Shown: positions 14,400 to 30,920 of the stretch, in pieces
How positions within the stretch are numbered: the stretch's first letter is position 1
Layout of the letters: each line of letters starts with the position of its first letter
From: Eledone cirrhosa
Lineage: Eukaryota
Assembly (NCBI GenBank): GCA_964016885.1
Contig: OZ024740.1
Location: 438,588,001-438,652,000 of the forward strand
DNA length: 64,000 nucleotides
Direction: 5' to 3'
Notes under the pieces: model-generated
Seen by the model: the letters and a program-made list of their open reading frames with translations, nothing else
Told to the model about the DNA's origin: nothing
Databases searched by the model: none
Program-made: the position numbers and the translations under genes

Positions 14400-14506
14400 T
14401 TATATATATATAAAAATAAAAATAAAAATAAAGATAATAATGACAAAAATAAAAGCAAAGAAGGGGGTGAGAAGGAAGAAAGGAAAAGATAGCCAAGAAG
14501 AGGGAA
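14001..14506. repeat. Inverted duplication (palindrome) centred on a (TA)n tract in the PLE 3' UTR
   Basis: ttccctcttcttggctatc... at 14001 is mirrored by ...gatagccaagaagagggaa ending at 14506. Confidence 0.85.
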
Positions 14507-14979
14507 GGAAGGAAGAAAACGAAGAAATAGAATAGGAAAGAGGGAGAAGGGGGGGGGGATATATGTATTGGTTTTGTGGGTAATATATATATATATATAT
14601 ATGTGTGTGTGTATGTGTGTATGTGTATGTATGTATGTGTGTGTATATATATATATATATATATTTATCTCTTTATATCTCCCCTTCTCTCTCTCCCTCT
14701 CTATCCCTCCCTCCCACTATTATCTATTTAATTCTCTTTAACTCACTACACTCCACGACATGATGTCTGCTATCAAAACTGACCAAAGAATCCTTCCACC
14801 TCTACCCCTACCTCCACCTCAGTTTGTCATTCTACTTCCTACCTCTTACCCCTTCCTCTCTCTCTATACTATGCCGTCTGTCCTCTCACCTCCTGATTCC
14901 TCTCTCTCTATACTAGTAAATACAATTCCAAATAAATGTTTTTCTCTATATATTAAGAACTATTTCACGAGTAACTCCC

Positions 14980-15081
14980 TATTTTGAAAATTTGGACTGT
15001 GAACAACAATTATAATTGAGTGGCTGCTATTTGCAGTATAGCAATATAAGGTTGCACTTACCAATGAAACGGTCGTAAATA
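14980..15081 (+). ncRNA. Type I hammerhead, U3-A8 core (3' pLTR copy)
   Basis: Same sequence as 11258-11359. Confidence 0.7.
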
Positions 15082-15279
15082 CCTGGATTAAATCCTTCTC
15101 TTAATGCTTACCTGTGTTTTCTCTTTTATATATATATACATATACATATACACATAGATTACATACATATATATATATACACACATATACACACAAACAT
15201 ATACACACACACGCATACATACATATATATATATATACATATATACATACATACACACACATATACATATATATATGTT

Positions 15280-15378
15280 TATGCCACGAAACTACGTAGT
15301 CGAGGAATTTAGGAACAGTTTAGGTATGATACATTTTACTACTAATTATATCTAAATGTTTCTTCTCTCTTCATAATG
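15280..15378 (+). mobile_element. Very short 5'-truncated PLE-like tail containing the 3' half of an HHR
   Basis: GAAA-ctacgtag-TC-gagg at 15288-15305 (palindromic stem III, GUC). Ends in (TA)n. Confidence 0.5.
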
Positions 15379-15666
15379 TATATATATATATATATACACA
15401 CATATACATATATATATATATACATACATACACATACACACACACACATATATATATATATACATACATACACACACACACACACACATATACGCATATA
15501 TACACACACACACACATATAAATAATAAATAAGTAAATATATAAATACACACACAGAGAGAACCACACAAACACATACACACATATATATATATATATAC
15601 ACACACACCCACACGCACACAGACATATATATATATATACACACATACATACACACATACACACAT

Positions 15667-15711
<45 letters not shown>

Positions 15712-15718
15712 CACACAC

Positions 15719-15750
<32 letters not shown>

Positions 15751-16009
15751 GTGTGTACACATACATATACATACATATACATACACATACATATACACAC
15801 ATACACACATACACACAAATATATGCACACACAAATAAATAAGTACTCAATAAATATACGCATATACACAGGCACATAAAAACAGCTCTACAGGCAGAAA
15901 ATGCAGATAGGTAAGAGGTACTCACATAACCATAGTGGCCGTATTTCAGGTTAAGGAGGGGTGGGGGTAGGGTGGGAAGGAGGTATAGGGGCTAATAGGA
16001 GGAGGTCGT

Positions 16010-17112
16010 TTTTAGCCATCGGGCTTTAACACTGGCTTAAAGTATTTGAAAGTTGCAAAGTTCTTGTGCATGCAGTTCGGGCAGTGTTCAGAGAGTTTGT
16101 TCAGTAGCGGCCCTTGGCGAATAAAATTTCATAGCTCTCTGAGATACAAAGTTCGCAGCCCTTGTGTCCTCCGTTGTAAGAGCGCGCTTTCTGGAGTATT
16201 ATCCATTTAAGCGTGACGGGGGTGGAGTTCCTTTTGAGGTCCCAAACATAGGAGGCGAGTGTTGTCTGGTTTGATTTGTCCGGTCTTCTGAAGGAGTGGG
16301 TATGGGCACACCAACGGGTCTTAAAGTTGTTGGAGGTCATGCTGATGTAAGTTTTTTTTTTATTGCAATCATCGGTGCCTGAGATGACATCGCATTTGTA
16401 TAAGATATCATTTGTGAGGCATTTGTTTTCAAGTGGGCATGCTTCCTTATTTAGGCAGTTACACAAAGACCCAGTCCGGGGATTGGGTTCGGAGGTGGTT
16501 GGCTTATTTAATATTTTAGAATTGTGGTTGGCTATATTCCTAGCTAGGTTAGGTGTGGTGGAGTAGGAGAGTCTTATTGTGTTCTTATTAAAGATGGTGT
16601 GGTACCTATGTTGTATGGGGAAGTGTAATTTCAGCAAAGTGAAGAAAATCCTAGCTATCGGAGTAGAGACCTCTCTATTGAAGGGAGTTGTTGTACCAGC
16701 TAATCTGTCTATACCTATTCCTCCTCTGCAATCTTGCGGTGGTTTCTAGGTAGGTTATCTTTCCTTTAAATCCGCTGCGGGCGAGGGCGTCATTGTAGTA
16801 GGAGGCAGAGGCGTTAAAAATATCTTTGTTGGCGGAGAGGCCAGATATTCTAATAGAGACGCTTTTTACTCGGTTATCAGTGATGTTTTGGGGGTGGTTT
16901 GAATTAACATTAATATATCTAAGGGACTCGTTAGGTTTGTGATACGGGTAATAGAGGGAAGTATCTAGGTCGAGAGTGACATCTAAGAAGTCGGCCCTAG
17001 TCAAATTAGATTCTATAGTTATACTAAATCCTAGATTAGAGAAGAACGAGCTTAAGTTTTTCCGAAACCCATCGGTGGTTCTGGGGTTAACCTTATGCAG
17101 GGCGAAGAGGCC
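16010..17112 (-). pseudogene. 5'-truncated PLE RT C-terminus plus GIY-YIG (frameshifted)
   Basis: Motifs ADFLDVTLDL..YHKPNE..SNHP, CNCLNKEACPLENKC, FKTRWCAH and CELC. Confidence 0.88.
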
Positions 17113-17114
17113 GT

Positions 17115-18394
<1,280 letters not shown>

Positions 18395-18409
18395 GTGTGT
18401 CTATGTATG

Positions 18410-18440
<31 letters not shown>

Positions 18441-18501
18441 GTGTGTGTGTATATGTATGTGTGTATATGTGTGTATATATATATATGTATGTATCTATGT
18501 G

Positions 18502-18535
<34 letters not shown>

Positions 18536-18718
18536 TATATATGTGTGTATATGTATATGTATATATATATATGTGTGTATATGTATATATATATATATAT
18601 CTATGTGTATGTGTATGTTAGTATATGTGTGTGTATATGTGTGCATATATATATGTGTGTGTATATATGTGTATATATGTATATATATATATATGTTTAT
18701 ATATATATGTGTATGTGG

Positions 18719-19508
<790 letters not shown>

Positions 19509-19565
19509 GTGTATGTGTGTAAATATATGTGTGTGTATGTGTGTTTATATGTATATATGCGTATA

Positions 19566-19601
<36 letters not shown>

Positions 19602-19602
<1 letters not shown>

Positions 19603-21624
19603 GTAGGAGGTGAGTTTTATTGTAGTACAATAAAGCAATGCAGATATCGGATAAGAAGCACTCTACAGTTTGTGGGACTGGAGTATACATAATATATAAG
19701 AACAAAAGATGGTTAAAAGAGTTCCATGTATTTTATTATGCGCATTTCAAAAACAAATATCATCATGCAATAATATTTGTGTTTTCATCAGATAAAACAG
19801 GAGGACATGATATGAAGGTTAAAAAACACTTGTGGATAGTTCAGTTTTAAATCAACATATGAGAAGTAGTTTTAGATTGATGTGTGATATTGGGAAAAAT
19901 ATTTCATTTAGAGGGTGGTGGTGGAAAGGATGAAAAAAAGAAGGAGATGAGAGTGAAGGTGGAGAGGGAGGAGTATAATGAGGAAGGATGAGATAGGAGG
20001 AGAGATGGGTGATAGAGAGAGAGAGAGATAGCTTTTATAACTGAGAAAGATATATTGTTTTACATAGAGAGGTTGAAAACCGTTGGAAGATAATGTATAA
20101 ATTAAAAGAATTTGAAAATTAACGAAGAGAAAAATAATGTAAAGTTAAGGTTTGTATATTGAAGGGTTTGATAATATGTGCGAAGAAAAAGAAAGAGTTA
20201 ATATGTATTGAGAATAATGAGTTAGATGATAGGGAGAAAAGAATAATGAATTGAGGATGAATAATCTAACGTCAAAAAAAATGTATATGTTTACGAAGGA
20301 TTTTTACAAGGTGGTATAGAGTAAGAATGTGTTGTATTATGTAATAATTGATTCTATGTTAGGCAAGAGTGAGAAAAGGTACAGATTAGGGGTTAGATAT
20401 TAGAAGAGAAGAAAAGGAAGTGATAAATATGGGTGATGTAGAAAGAGTAAACAAGTATTATAGAATTTGAAAATTAACGAAGAGAAAAATAATGTAAAGT
20501 TAAGGTTTGTATATTGAAGGGTTTGATAATATGCATAAATTCCATAAAACATTTCACAAAGTATACAGCTAATATTCAATTCTTTATCAATTTAGAATCT
20601 TTTTCTCAAAGGCACATATATATACACTTCTTTTAAAAATATACCCATCTTTCTACCTTATTTCAAAGGTTATTATACATTCTATAATACTTGTTTACTC
20701 ATTACTCTTACTCTAGATCACCTTGTAAAAATCCTTCGTAAACATATACATTTTTTTTGACGTTAGATTATTCATCCTCAATTCATTATTCTTTTCTCCC
20801 TATCATCTAACTCATTATTCTCAATACATATTAACATTTTCTTCTTCTTCGCACATATTATCAAACCCTTCAATATACAAACCTTAACTTTACATTATTT
20901 TTCTCTTCGTTAATTTTCAAATTCTATAATACTTGATTACTCTTTCTACATCACCCATATTTATCAATTCCTTTTCTTCTCTTCTAATATCTAACCCCTA
21001 ATCTGTACCTTTTCTCACTCTTTCCTAACATAGAATCAATTATTACATAATACAACACATTCTTACTCTATATCACCTTGTAAAAATCCTTCGTAAACAT
21101 ATACATTTTTTTTGACGTTAGATTATTCATCCTCAATTCATTATTCTTTTCTCCCTATCATCTAACTCATTATTCTCAATACATATTAACTCTTTCTTTT
21201 TCTTCGCACATATTATCAAACCCCTCAATATACAAACCTTAACTTTACATTATTTTTCTCTTCGTTAATTTAAAATAATATATCTTTCTCAGTTATAAAA
21301 GCTATCTCTCTCTCTCTCTATCACCCATCTCTCCTCCTATCTCATCCTTCCTCATTTTACTCCTCCCTCTCCACCTTCACTCTCATCTCCTTCTTTTTTT
21401 CACCCCACCCTCTAAATAAAATATTTTTCCCAATATCACACATCAATCTAAAACTACTTCTCATATGTTGATTTAAAACTGAACTATCCACAAGTGTTTT
21501 TTAACCTTCATATCATGTCCTCCTGTTTTATCTGATGAAAACACAAATATTATTGCATGATGATATTTGTTTTTGAAATGCGCATAATAAAATACATGGA
21601 ACTCTTTTAACCATCTTTTGTTCT

Positions 21625-21628
<4 letters not shown>
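19602..21628. mobile_element. Head-to-head inverted pair of family H tails, with HHRs at 19731-19797 (-) and 21526-21592 (+)
   Basis: The arms are reverse complements with a switch near 20533. HHR reads ttttat-CTGATGA-..acaaatat/atatttgt..-GAAA-tgcgca-TA-ataaaa. Confidence 0.85.
21526..21592 (+). ncRNA. Type I hammerhead, canonical core (family H)
   Basis: 6-bp stem I, long stem II, palindromic stem III (tgcgca) and AUA triplet. Further copies at 19731(-), 32167(-) and 57303(+). Confidence 0.88.
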
Positions 21629-21682
<54 letters not shown>

Positions 21683-21689
21683 GTGGATG

Positions 21690-22310
21690 TGTCTGTGTTT
21701 ATGGGTGCGCGCGAGTGTGTGAGTGAGTGTGTTTGTGAATGTGTCTGTTGATTCTTGGCATATAGTTGAATAGTTTAAGAAAAATTTGAAGATAATTGTA
21801 TGATATGCACTCAATATTTTGAATTTGTCTACAGAATTCTCTAAACCTTTGTCACTTAGTAGAACCTTAAAGAATTTAGCTTTTAAAGAATCTCCGTTTC
21901 CTTTAAATCTATCAACCATGACTGACCCCCACTGATCTTATAGATACCTGTTAGCTTAAGAGAAACTTAATAATAAGAAGTGGCACCCCATCCTGAACCT
22001 GTTTATAGAATTCTTTTGCCTTTGTTACTCTAAAAATAAAAATAAACTATAGCTTTGTAGAATTAGCTTTTAATGAATTCTCTTTTCTATCAACCAATGA
22101 CCTACACCCATCCCACTCCCTACCCTCTCCTACCACTTGAAGAGACCTATAAATACCATACTTATTTTTTGATACCCAGATTCCTGATGATTTCTAAAGA
22201 ATGAAACAGTTCTAGTCCTGTAGAATCTCTTCTATATTAAAACTTTAAAACTCTGCAATGTATTGAGTACCTTACTTACTGTGGTTACCTCCGATTCAAC
22301 CCGGAATAAC

Positions 22311-22311
<1 letters not shown>
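21690..22311 (+). mobile_element. PLE-like tail, family G, with HHR at 22178-22228
   Basis: Homolog of 8251-8790. Canonical CUGAUGA/GAAA core, GUA triplet and 6-bp stem I. Confidence 0.82.
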
Positions 22312-22354
<43 letters not shown>

Positions 22355-22973
22355 AAAAAGGGATGAAATCGAAAATGCAACTGAAGTCTTATTTTTTTTT
22401 TAAATATATATATTTATTTGGTTCCTTTACCGGTTTCGCAGTTCTTCTGCTTTTCAAAAGGTGAGTTGAGATGGAGGGTCTGTGGTTTTTCTCACATCTG
22501 GTTGGTCTCTAAATGTTACTTGTTTTATATGGAAAAACTGGCTCGAAAACCAGGTTTTTCGAGAAGTAATTTGATTGGTTTGTCAATAATTATAATAAAT
22601 TTCGCGCCAGTTCGCGTTACAATAGTTCTTCAAATAAGAGAGGGGGGGGGGTCACAGGTTGTTTTTTTCATATATGAGTGTTTGAATTTCTTTTTACTTG
22701 AAAAAATGAGGCTCACGAAGGCTTTTTTGGGGGTTGGTTATAAATGAAATTTGGCTTTCACGTGAACAAGTTTTCATTACATTTTTGCGCCCTTATTTGG
22801 AAAACTATTCTGTAGTCTTTATAGTGAATGTTATGACAATGGAGAGATAGTGGTCAAGGGAAAAAGGATTGGGAGAAATGTTCTGGTTCAGTGAATATGG
22901 CCAGCTGTCAGAGTTCAGGTGTCAGAGTTCAGATTTTCTATTGAGACTGAAGATATGTGTTTATTTGTGTGCT

Positions 22974-23010
<37 letters not shown>

Positions 23011-23345
23011 ATTGGAAGATGATTCTATTAGTAGAGATGGGGGAGGGAGTTGTGTGTGTGTGTATATGGGTGTTATGTGTGTGGGAGTATGGTTAGCATG
23101 TTAAGATGAAGAGAATATATATATATATATATATATTGTGTGTGTGTGTATGTGTGTGTGTAGGAAAATGATTCCTTTAGTAGGAATATTTTTGAATGAA
23201 CATATTTTCCTGACTTTTTCGTGTTTGCTGTTGTATTGCCAGTGCAAACGTATGTTTAAGGTTTATTTAGTTCGGGTTTTTATTTTCTAAAGTAGGTGTT
23301 ATGTGTGTGTGTGTATGTCATATTGTGGTGTTGACATAATGTATA

Positions 23346-24870
23346 TTAAACCTTATTTAATGTTGGTCTATATTTTTGAATAAACATATTTTCCTTATTT
23401 ATTCGCATTTGTTCTGTTGTATTGTTAGCGCAAAGGTAAAATGGGAAGACTTGGAATTTGGGTGTCTTATTACTTGCGCAAATGTCTAGATGTGCACTTA
23501 GTGGTATTTGTCTCGTGGTTGGATCTCGTAATTGTTGGCGATGAACTGTCATTCTGTTTCTGAGTGTGAGTTTAGTTTGTCCTATATAATCTTCATTGCA
23601 TCCTTTACATTTAATGGCATAAATTAGATTTTTTGATGAGCAAGTGAAGTGATTTTTTACAGTAAAATTTTGTCCTGATTTAAATGTATACGTGTTGCCT
23701 TCAATGAGGTGAGTGCAGGTTCCACAATTAGAGCGACCACATTTTTTGATACTTGGTTGTGGGTTTGTGGTAGGTAATTTGGCATTGGTGAGTAATGTTT
23801 TCAGTGATTTTGGTTGTCTTTTGCTTTTGATTATTTTGTGTGTTTCACGGGCTTTTTTCATTCTTGGGTTTTGTTTTAGTAGTGGGATGTTATTGTGAAT
23901 AGTGTTGTAAGCTTCCGTATTTCTTGGGTTGTGGGTTGAGATATATGATAGAATATTGGACGTACCTTGAATTTGTTTCTGTTTCCGTAATTCATCAATG
24001 CCTATTGCTTTAGCCCTTTCTATTCCATTATTTATTAGTAATAGTGGGTACTCTCTCTCAAGTAGAATTTCCTTTAATTCTTGAAGTCTTTTATTTCGCG
24101 TTTCATAATTGGAGACAATTGTGCAAATTCTTCTTGCTAGGTTAAAAGGAATGTTCGTCTTCGTGTGCTTTGGATGGTTGGAGGTGAATAGCAGATATTG
24201 TTTGGAATCTGTTGGTTTGTAGTGTATGTCAGTTTCGATATTTGTGTCTTTTTGTGTGATTAAGATGTCCAGAAATGGGAGTTGATCTTGGCTGTATTCC
24301 ATTGTGAATTGGATGTGGTTATTGACGCCGTTTATTAAGTTTTTGAAATCCTTCAGTTGGTCGAGTGTGTGGGACCAAAGAATGAGGCAATCATCCAAGT
24401 AGCGTTTCCAATTCTCTGATAAATATTTGTGGAAGTTCAATCCGTATTTTGATTTGGACTGTTCATATATCTGGACTTCTAAGTATGCCATGACTAAGTT
24501 GGCATAAGTTGGAGCGGCTTTTGTGCCCATCGCAGTCCCCGATATTTGCTTGTAAGTATTGCCATCGAAATCAAAAAAGTTGTTCTGTAGGATGAATTTT
24601 AATCCCTCGGTGATGAAGCTTTTTTCTATTCTGTCAGGTATCTCATTGGGATATTTCTCTAGCCAGAATCCTATTGCTTCTAGTCCGTATTGGTGTGGGA
24701 TCGTTGTGTAGAGATTCACTACATCGAAAGACACAATAATAGTGTCGTTGTTGACATGTTTGGAGAGGTGGTTTAAGAGGTCCAGATCGTCTCTTACAAG
24801 GCTTGGTATGTGTTTCAGTATTGGTTTCAGTAGTATGTCTATAAAGTTGCTCAATCTGTGTGTTTCACAT
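23346..24870 (-). pseudogene. Neptune-type PLE RT plus GIY-YIG, 5'-truncated (left arm)
   Basis: Motifs SFDVVNLYTTIP, GTAMGTKAAPTYANL, RYLDD, LPFLDI, CGRSNCGTC, LIYAIKC..YIGQT..LRNRMTVH. The ORF-track N-terminus is read-through from the other arm. Confidence 0.9.
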
Positions 24871-26367
24871 ATAGACATACTACTGAAACCAATACTGAAA
24901 CACATACCAAGCATTGTAAGAGACGATCTGGACCTCTTAAACCACCTCCCCAAACATGTCAACAACGACACTATTATTGTGTCTTTCGATGTAGTGAATC
25001 TCTACACAACGATCCCACACCAATACGGACTAGAAGCAATAGGATTCTGGCTAGAGAAATATCCCAATGAGATACCTGACAGAATAGAAAAAAGCTTCAT
25101 CACCGAGGGATTAAAATTCATCCTACAGAACAACTTTTTTGATTTCGATGGCAATACTTACAAGCAAATATCGGGGACTGCGATGGGTACAAAAGCCGCT
25201 CCAACTTATGCCAACTTAGTCATGGCATACTTAGAAGTCCAGATATATGAACAGTCCAAATCAAAATACGGATTGAACTTCCACAAATATTTATCAGAGA
25301 ATTGGAAACGCTACTTGGATGATTGCCTCATTCTTTGGTCCCACACACTCGACCAACTGAAGGATTTCAAAAACTTAATAAATGGCATCAATAACCACAT
25401 CCAATTCACAATGGAATACAGCCAAGATCAACTCCCATTTCTGGACATATTAATCACAAAAAAAGACACAAATATCGAAACTGACATACACTACAAACCA
25501 ACAGATTCCAAACAATATCTGCTATTCACCTCCAACCATCCAAAGCACACGAAGACGAACATTCCTTTTAACCTAGCAAGAAGAATTTGCACAATTGTCT
25601 CCAATTATGAAATGCGGAATAAAAGACTTCAAGAATTAAAGGAAATTCTACTTGAGAGAGAGTACCCACTATTACTAATAAATAATGGAATAGAAAGGGC
25701 TAAAGCAATAGGCATTGATGAATTACGGAAACAGAAACAAATTCAAGGTACGTCCAATATTCTATCATATATCTCAACACACAACCCAAGAAATGCGGAA
25801 GCTTACAACACTATTCACAATAACATCCCACTACTAAAACAAAACCCAAGAATGAAAAAAGCCCGTGAAACACACAAAATAATCAAAAGCAAAAGACAAC
25901 CAAAATCACTGAAAACATTACTCACCAATGCCAAATTACCTACCACAAACCCACAACCAAGTATCAAAAAATGTGGTCGCTCTAATTGTGGAACCTGCAC
26001 TCACCTCATTGAAGGCAACACGTATACATTTAAATCAGGACAAAATTTTACTGTAAAAAATCACTTCACTTGCTCATCAAAATATCTAATTTATGCCATT
26101 AAATGTAAAGGATGCAATGAAGATTATATAGGACAAACTAAACTCACACTCAGAAACAGAATGACAGTTCATCGCCAACAATTACGAGATCCAACCACGA
26201 GACAAATACCACTAAGTGCACATCTAGATATTTGCGCAAGTAATAAGACACCCAAATTCCAAGTCTTCCCATTTTACCTTTGCGCTAACAATACAACAGA
26301 ACAAATGCGAATAAATAAGGAAAATATGTTTATTCAAAAATATAGACCAACATTAAATAAGGTTTAA
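24871..26367 (+). pseudogene. Neptune-type PLE RT plus GIY-YIG, 5'-truncated (right arm)
   Basis: Same motifs as the left arm, with an open frame to 26367. Confidence 0.9.
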
Positions 26368-26856
26368 TATACATTATGTCAACACCACAATATGACATAC
26401 ACACACACACATAACACCTACTTTAGAAAATAAAAACCCGAACTAAATAAACCTTAAACATACGTTTGCACTGGCAATACAACAGCAAACACGAAAAAGT
26501 CAGGAAAATATGTTCATTCAAAAATATTCCTACTAAAGGAATCATTTTCCTACACACACACATACACACACACAATATATATATATATATATATATTCTC
26601 TTCATCTTAACATGCTAACCATACTCCCACACACATAACACCCATACACACACATAAAAAACCCCACACCTACATCACCCTCCCCATTTCTACTAATAGA
26701 ACCACTTTCCTACACACATATATATATACACACACACAAAAAATATATATTCTCTCTATCTAACATACTCGCACACACACACATAACACCCATATACACA
26801 CACACACAACTCCCTCCCCCATCTCTACTAATACAATCATCTTCCAATACACACAT

Positions 26857-26889
<33 letters not shown>

Positions 26890-27597
26890 AGCACACAAAT
26901 AAACACATATCTTCAGTCTCAATAGAAAATCTGAACTCTGACACCTAAACTCTGACAGCTGGCCATATTCACTGAACCAGAACATTTCTCCCAATCCCTT
27001 TTCCCTTGACCACTATCTCTCCATTGTCATAACATTCACTATAAAGACTACAGAATAGTTTTCCAAATAAGGGCGCAAAAATGTAATGAAAACTTGTTCA
27101 CGTGACAGCCAAATTTCATTTATAACCAACCCCAAAAAAAGCCTTCGTGAGCCTCATTTTTTCAAGTAAAAAGAAATTCAAACACTCATATATGAAAAAA
27201 CAACCTGTGACAACCCTCCCCCCTCTCTTATTTGAAGAACTATTGTAACGCGAACTGGCGCGAAATTTATTATAATTATTGACAAACCAATCAAATTACT
27301 TCTCGAAAAACCTGGTTTTCGAGCCAGTTTTTCCATATAAAACAAGTAACATTTAGAGACCAACCAAATGTGAGAAAAACCACAGACCCTCCATCTCAAC
27401 TCACCTTTTGAAAAGCAGAAGAACTGCGGAACCGGTAAAGGAACCAAATAAATATATATATTTTTTTAAAAAATAAGACTTCAGTTGCATTTTCGATTTC
27501 ATCCCTTTTTCTTTATACTTCCACTCGTGTAGGACATCTCGGTTATTTTTCATTTTGTAAAAAAAACCTCACTTTCTAATATATATATATATATATT

Positions 27598-28065
27598 GTT
27601 ATAATGAAATGACAGGAGGCTGGATTTGTGTAATTCCTACAAAGGTTTATTATACTATGATCATTTCAATGACCGGGTTCCGTATGAATCCGGTGATATC
27701 ATCAGGTATTCGAAATATAATATGTGAATGTAATAGATAAAATCGATGGGGCTGAAAATCGTGTCCTCGATTTTCAGCCCCATGGATTTTATCTATTAAA
27801 TTCACGTATTATATTTCGAATACCTGATGATATCACCGCATTCATACGGAACCCGTCATTGAAATGATCATAGTATAATAAACCTTTGTAGGATTTACAC
27901 AAATCCAGCCTCCTGTCATTTCATTATAATATTTAACTCCGTAATAAACAAGTACAAAAACAAAGACGGTTGAACGGCTTTACGTTGAGTACTCTCTATA
28001 TTATTGCATTACGATTGACCATACGGAATAGACCAGCTCTATACTGTGGTGAACCTCAAACCCGA

Positions 28066-28070
<5 letters not shown>
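27598..28070 (+). mobile_element. PLE-like tail, family N, with an inverted 5' copy; HHRs at 27652-27709 (-) and 27820-27876 (+)
   Basis: About 27598-27760 is inverted at about 27768-27930. HHR reads atac-CTGATGA-..accgg/ccggt..-GAAA-tgatca-TA-gtat. Homolog at 43868-44173. Confidence 0.82.
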
Positions 28071-28156
<86 letters not shown>

Positions 28157-30862
28157 TATATATATATATACGTATATATATATATATATATAGACCAAGG
28201 CTACAGGACTCACGACACCCGGTGGCACAAACCGATTTTGAAAAACCGAAAATAATTAACATTTCAAATATAAACCTCTCAGCCCAACAAGTAAAAATTC
28301 TCTCCAAAGGTCTGAAATTCACACCAACACCACAATACCCTAACCCCAACGAGATAAATGACGATATCTCACACTTCTGTAGAAAATTACGTCTCACAGA
28401 GGAATTCTTTGACAAGGAGAATAACGACGAATCAATTGTACGGAATAAAAGCAGCTACAACCCAACAAAAGGTAGAAACAGAGTTCTGGACAAATTTTGT
28501 AACCACATAGCTACCTTCCCATACCATGAACTACCGCAACCTAAACCCAAACCCAACACGAGTCGAAGGGAATGGGAGATTATCCATGAACTAAAAAACA
28601 ATACGGACATTATAATTAAGGAAGCGGGCAAGGGAAGTACTGTTGTCATTATGGAGGCTGAAAAATATAAAAATTCTATGTTCTCTCTCTTACAAAATAC
28701 TAATTACTATGAAAGAGTAAAAAACTACTAGCAATCAAAAATAATGACCAAATTAAACACACTGATTTATCGATACCAGGAAGACCTAACTAAAAAGGAA
28801 CGCGATTATTTAACAAATGTTGAATACAAAACCAGCAACCTTTACGGACTTCCGAAGATCCACAAGTGTAAAATAATCAACGATGCCTGTAAACAATCCA
28901 CCTCAGCCTGCGTGAACACACAATACCCCACAGACCTTAAATTAAGACCAATTGTAGCGGGCCCACAATGTGAAACACACAGATTGAGCAACTTTATAGA
29001 CATACTACTGAAACCAATACTGAAACACATACCAAGCCTTGTAAGAGACGATCTGGACCTCTTAAACCACCTCCCCAAACATGTCAACAACGACACTATT
29101 ATTGTGTCTTTCGATGTAGTGAATCTCTACACAACGATCCCACACCAATACGGACTAGAAGCAATAGGATTCTGGCTAGAGAAATATCCCAATGAGATAC
29201 CTGACAGAATAGAAAAAAGCTTCATCACCGAGGGATTAAAATTCATCCTACAGAACAACTTTTTTGATTTCGATGGCAATACTTACAAGCAAATATCGGG
29301 GACTGCGATGGGTACAAAAGCCGCTCCAACTTATGCCAACTTAGTCATGGCATACTTAGAAGTCCAGATATATGAACAGTCCAAATCAAAATACGGATTG
29401 AACTTCCACAAATATTTATCAGAGAATTGGAAACGCTACTTGGATGATTGCCTCATTCTTTGGTCCCACACACTCGACCAACTGAAGGATTTCAAAAACT
29501 TAATAAATGGCATCAATAACCACATCCAATTCACAATGGAATACAGCCAAGATCAACTCCCATTTCTGGACATATTAATCACAAAAAAAGACACAAATAT
29601 CGAAACCTAGCAAGAAGAATTTGCACAATTGTCTCCAATTATGAAACGCGAAATAAAAGACTTCAAGAATTAAAGGAAATTCTACTCGAGAGAGAGTACC
29701 CACTATTACTAATAAATAATGGGATAGAAAGGGCTAAAGCAATAGGCATTGATGAATTACGGAAACAGAAACAAATTCAAGGTACATTCCAATATTCTAT
29801 CATATATCTCAACACACAACCCAGGAAATGCGGAAGCTTACAACACTATTCACAATAACATCCCACTACTAAAACAAAACCCAAGAATGAAAAAAGCCCT
29901 TGAAACACACAAAATAATCAAAAGTAAAAGACAACCAAAATCACTGAAAACATTACTCACCAATGCCAAATTACCTACCACAAACCCACAACCAAGTATC
30001 AAAAAATGTGGTCGCTCTAATTGTGGAAACTGCACTCACCTCATTGAAGGCAACACGTATACATTTAAATCAGGACAAAATTTTACTGTAAAAAATCACT
30101 TCACTTGCTCTTCAAAAAATCTAATTTATGCCATTAAATGTAAAGGATGCAATGAAGATTATATAGGACAAACTAAACTCACACTCAGAAACAGAATGAC
30201 AGTTCATCGCCAACAATTACGAGATCCAACCACGAGACAGATACCACTAAGTGCATATCTAGACATTTGCGCAAGTAATAAGACACCCAAATTCCAAGTC
30301 TTCCCATTTTACCTTTGCGCTAACAATACAACAGAACAAATGCGAATAAACAAGGAAAATATGTTTATTTAAAAATATAGACCAACATTAAATAAGGTTT
30401 AATATACATTATGTCAACACCATAATATGACATACACACACACACATAACACCTTCTACTTTAGAAAATAAAAAAAAACCGAACTAAATAAACCTTAACA
30501 TACGTTTGCACTGACAATACAACTGCAAACACGAATAAGTAAGGAAAATATGTTCATTCAAAAATATTCCTACTAAAGGAATCACTTTCCTACACACACA
30601 CATACACATACACACACACACACAATATATATATATATATATTCTCTTCATCTTAACATGCTAACCATACTCCCACACACATAACACCCATACACACACA
30701 TAACAACCCCCACACAACAACTCCCTCCCCATTATACTAATAGAACCACTTTCCTCTACACAAATATATACACACACACAAAATATATATTCTCTCCATC
30801 TTAACATACTCGCACACACACACAACTCCCTCCCCCATTTCTGCTAATAGAATCATCTTCCA

Positions 30863-30920
<58 letters not shown>

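Larger units (their letters stand above)
11072..15130 (+). mobile_element. Near-complete Penelope-like element, family I (Hydra-type-like)
   Basis: Order is inverted pLTR piece 11072-11135, 5' pLTR about 11146-11410, ORF, then 3' pLTR about 14866-15130. The direct repeats contain HHRs, and the element ends in (TA)n. The clade label is tentative. Confidence 0.92.
22350..27579. mobile_element. 5.2-kb palindrome of two 5'-truncated Neptune-type PLE copies joined head-to-head near 24870
   Basis: The arms are near-identical reverse complements. Both carry RT-GIY coding, a 3' UTR and an HHR (22424-22461 on -, 27404-27441 on +). (TA)n flanks both sides. Confidence 0.93.

Noticed and set aside
24742-24971. 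Apparent divergent overlapping 541-aa genes with N-terminus MSLLTCL...
   Set aside because: The N-termini are antisense read-through across the palindrome centre. Both copies are 5'-truncated relative to 28222-29610.
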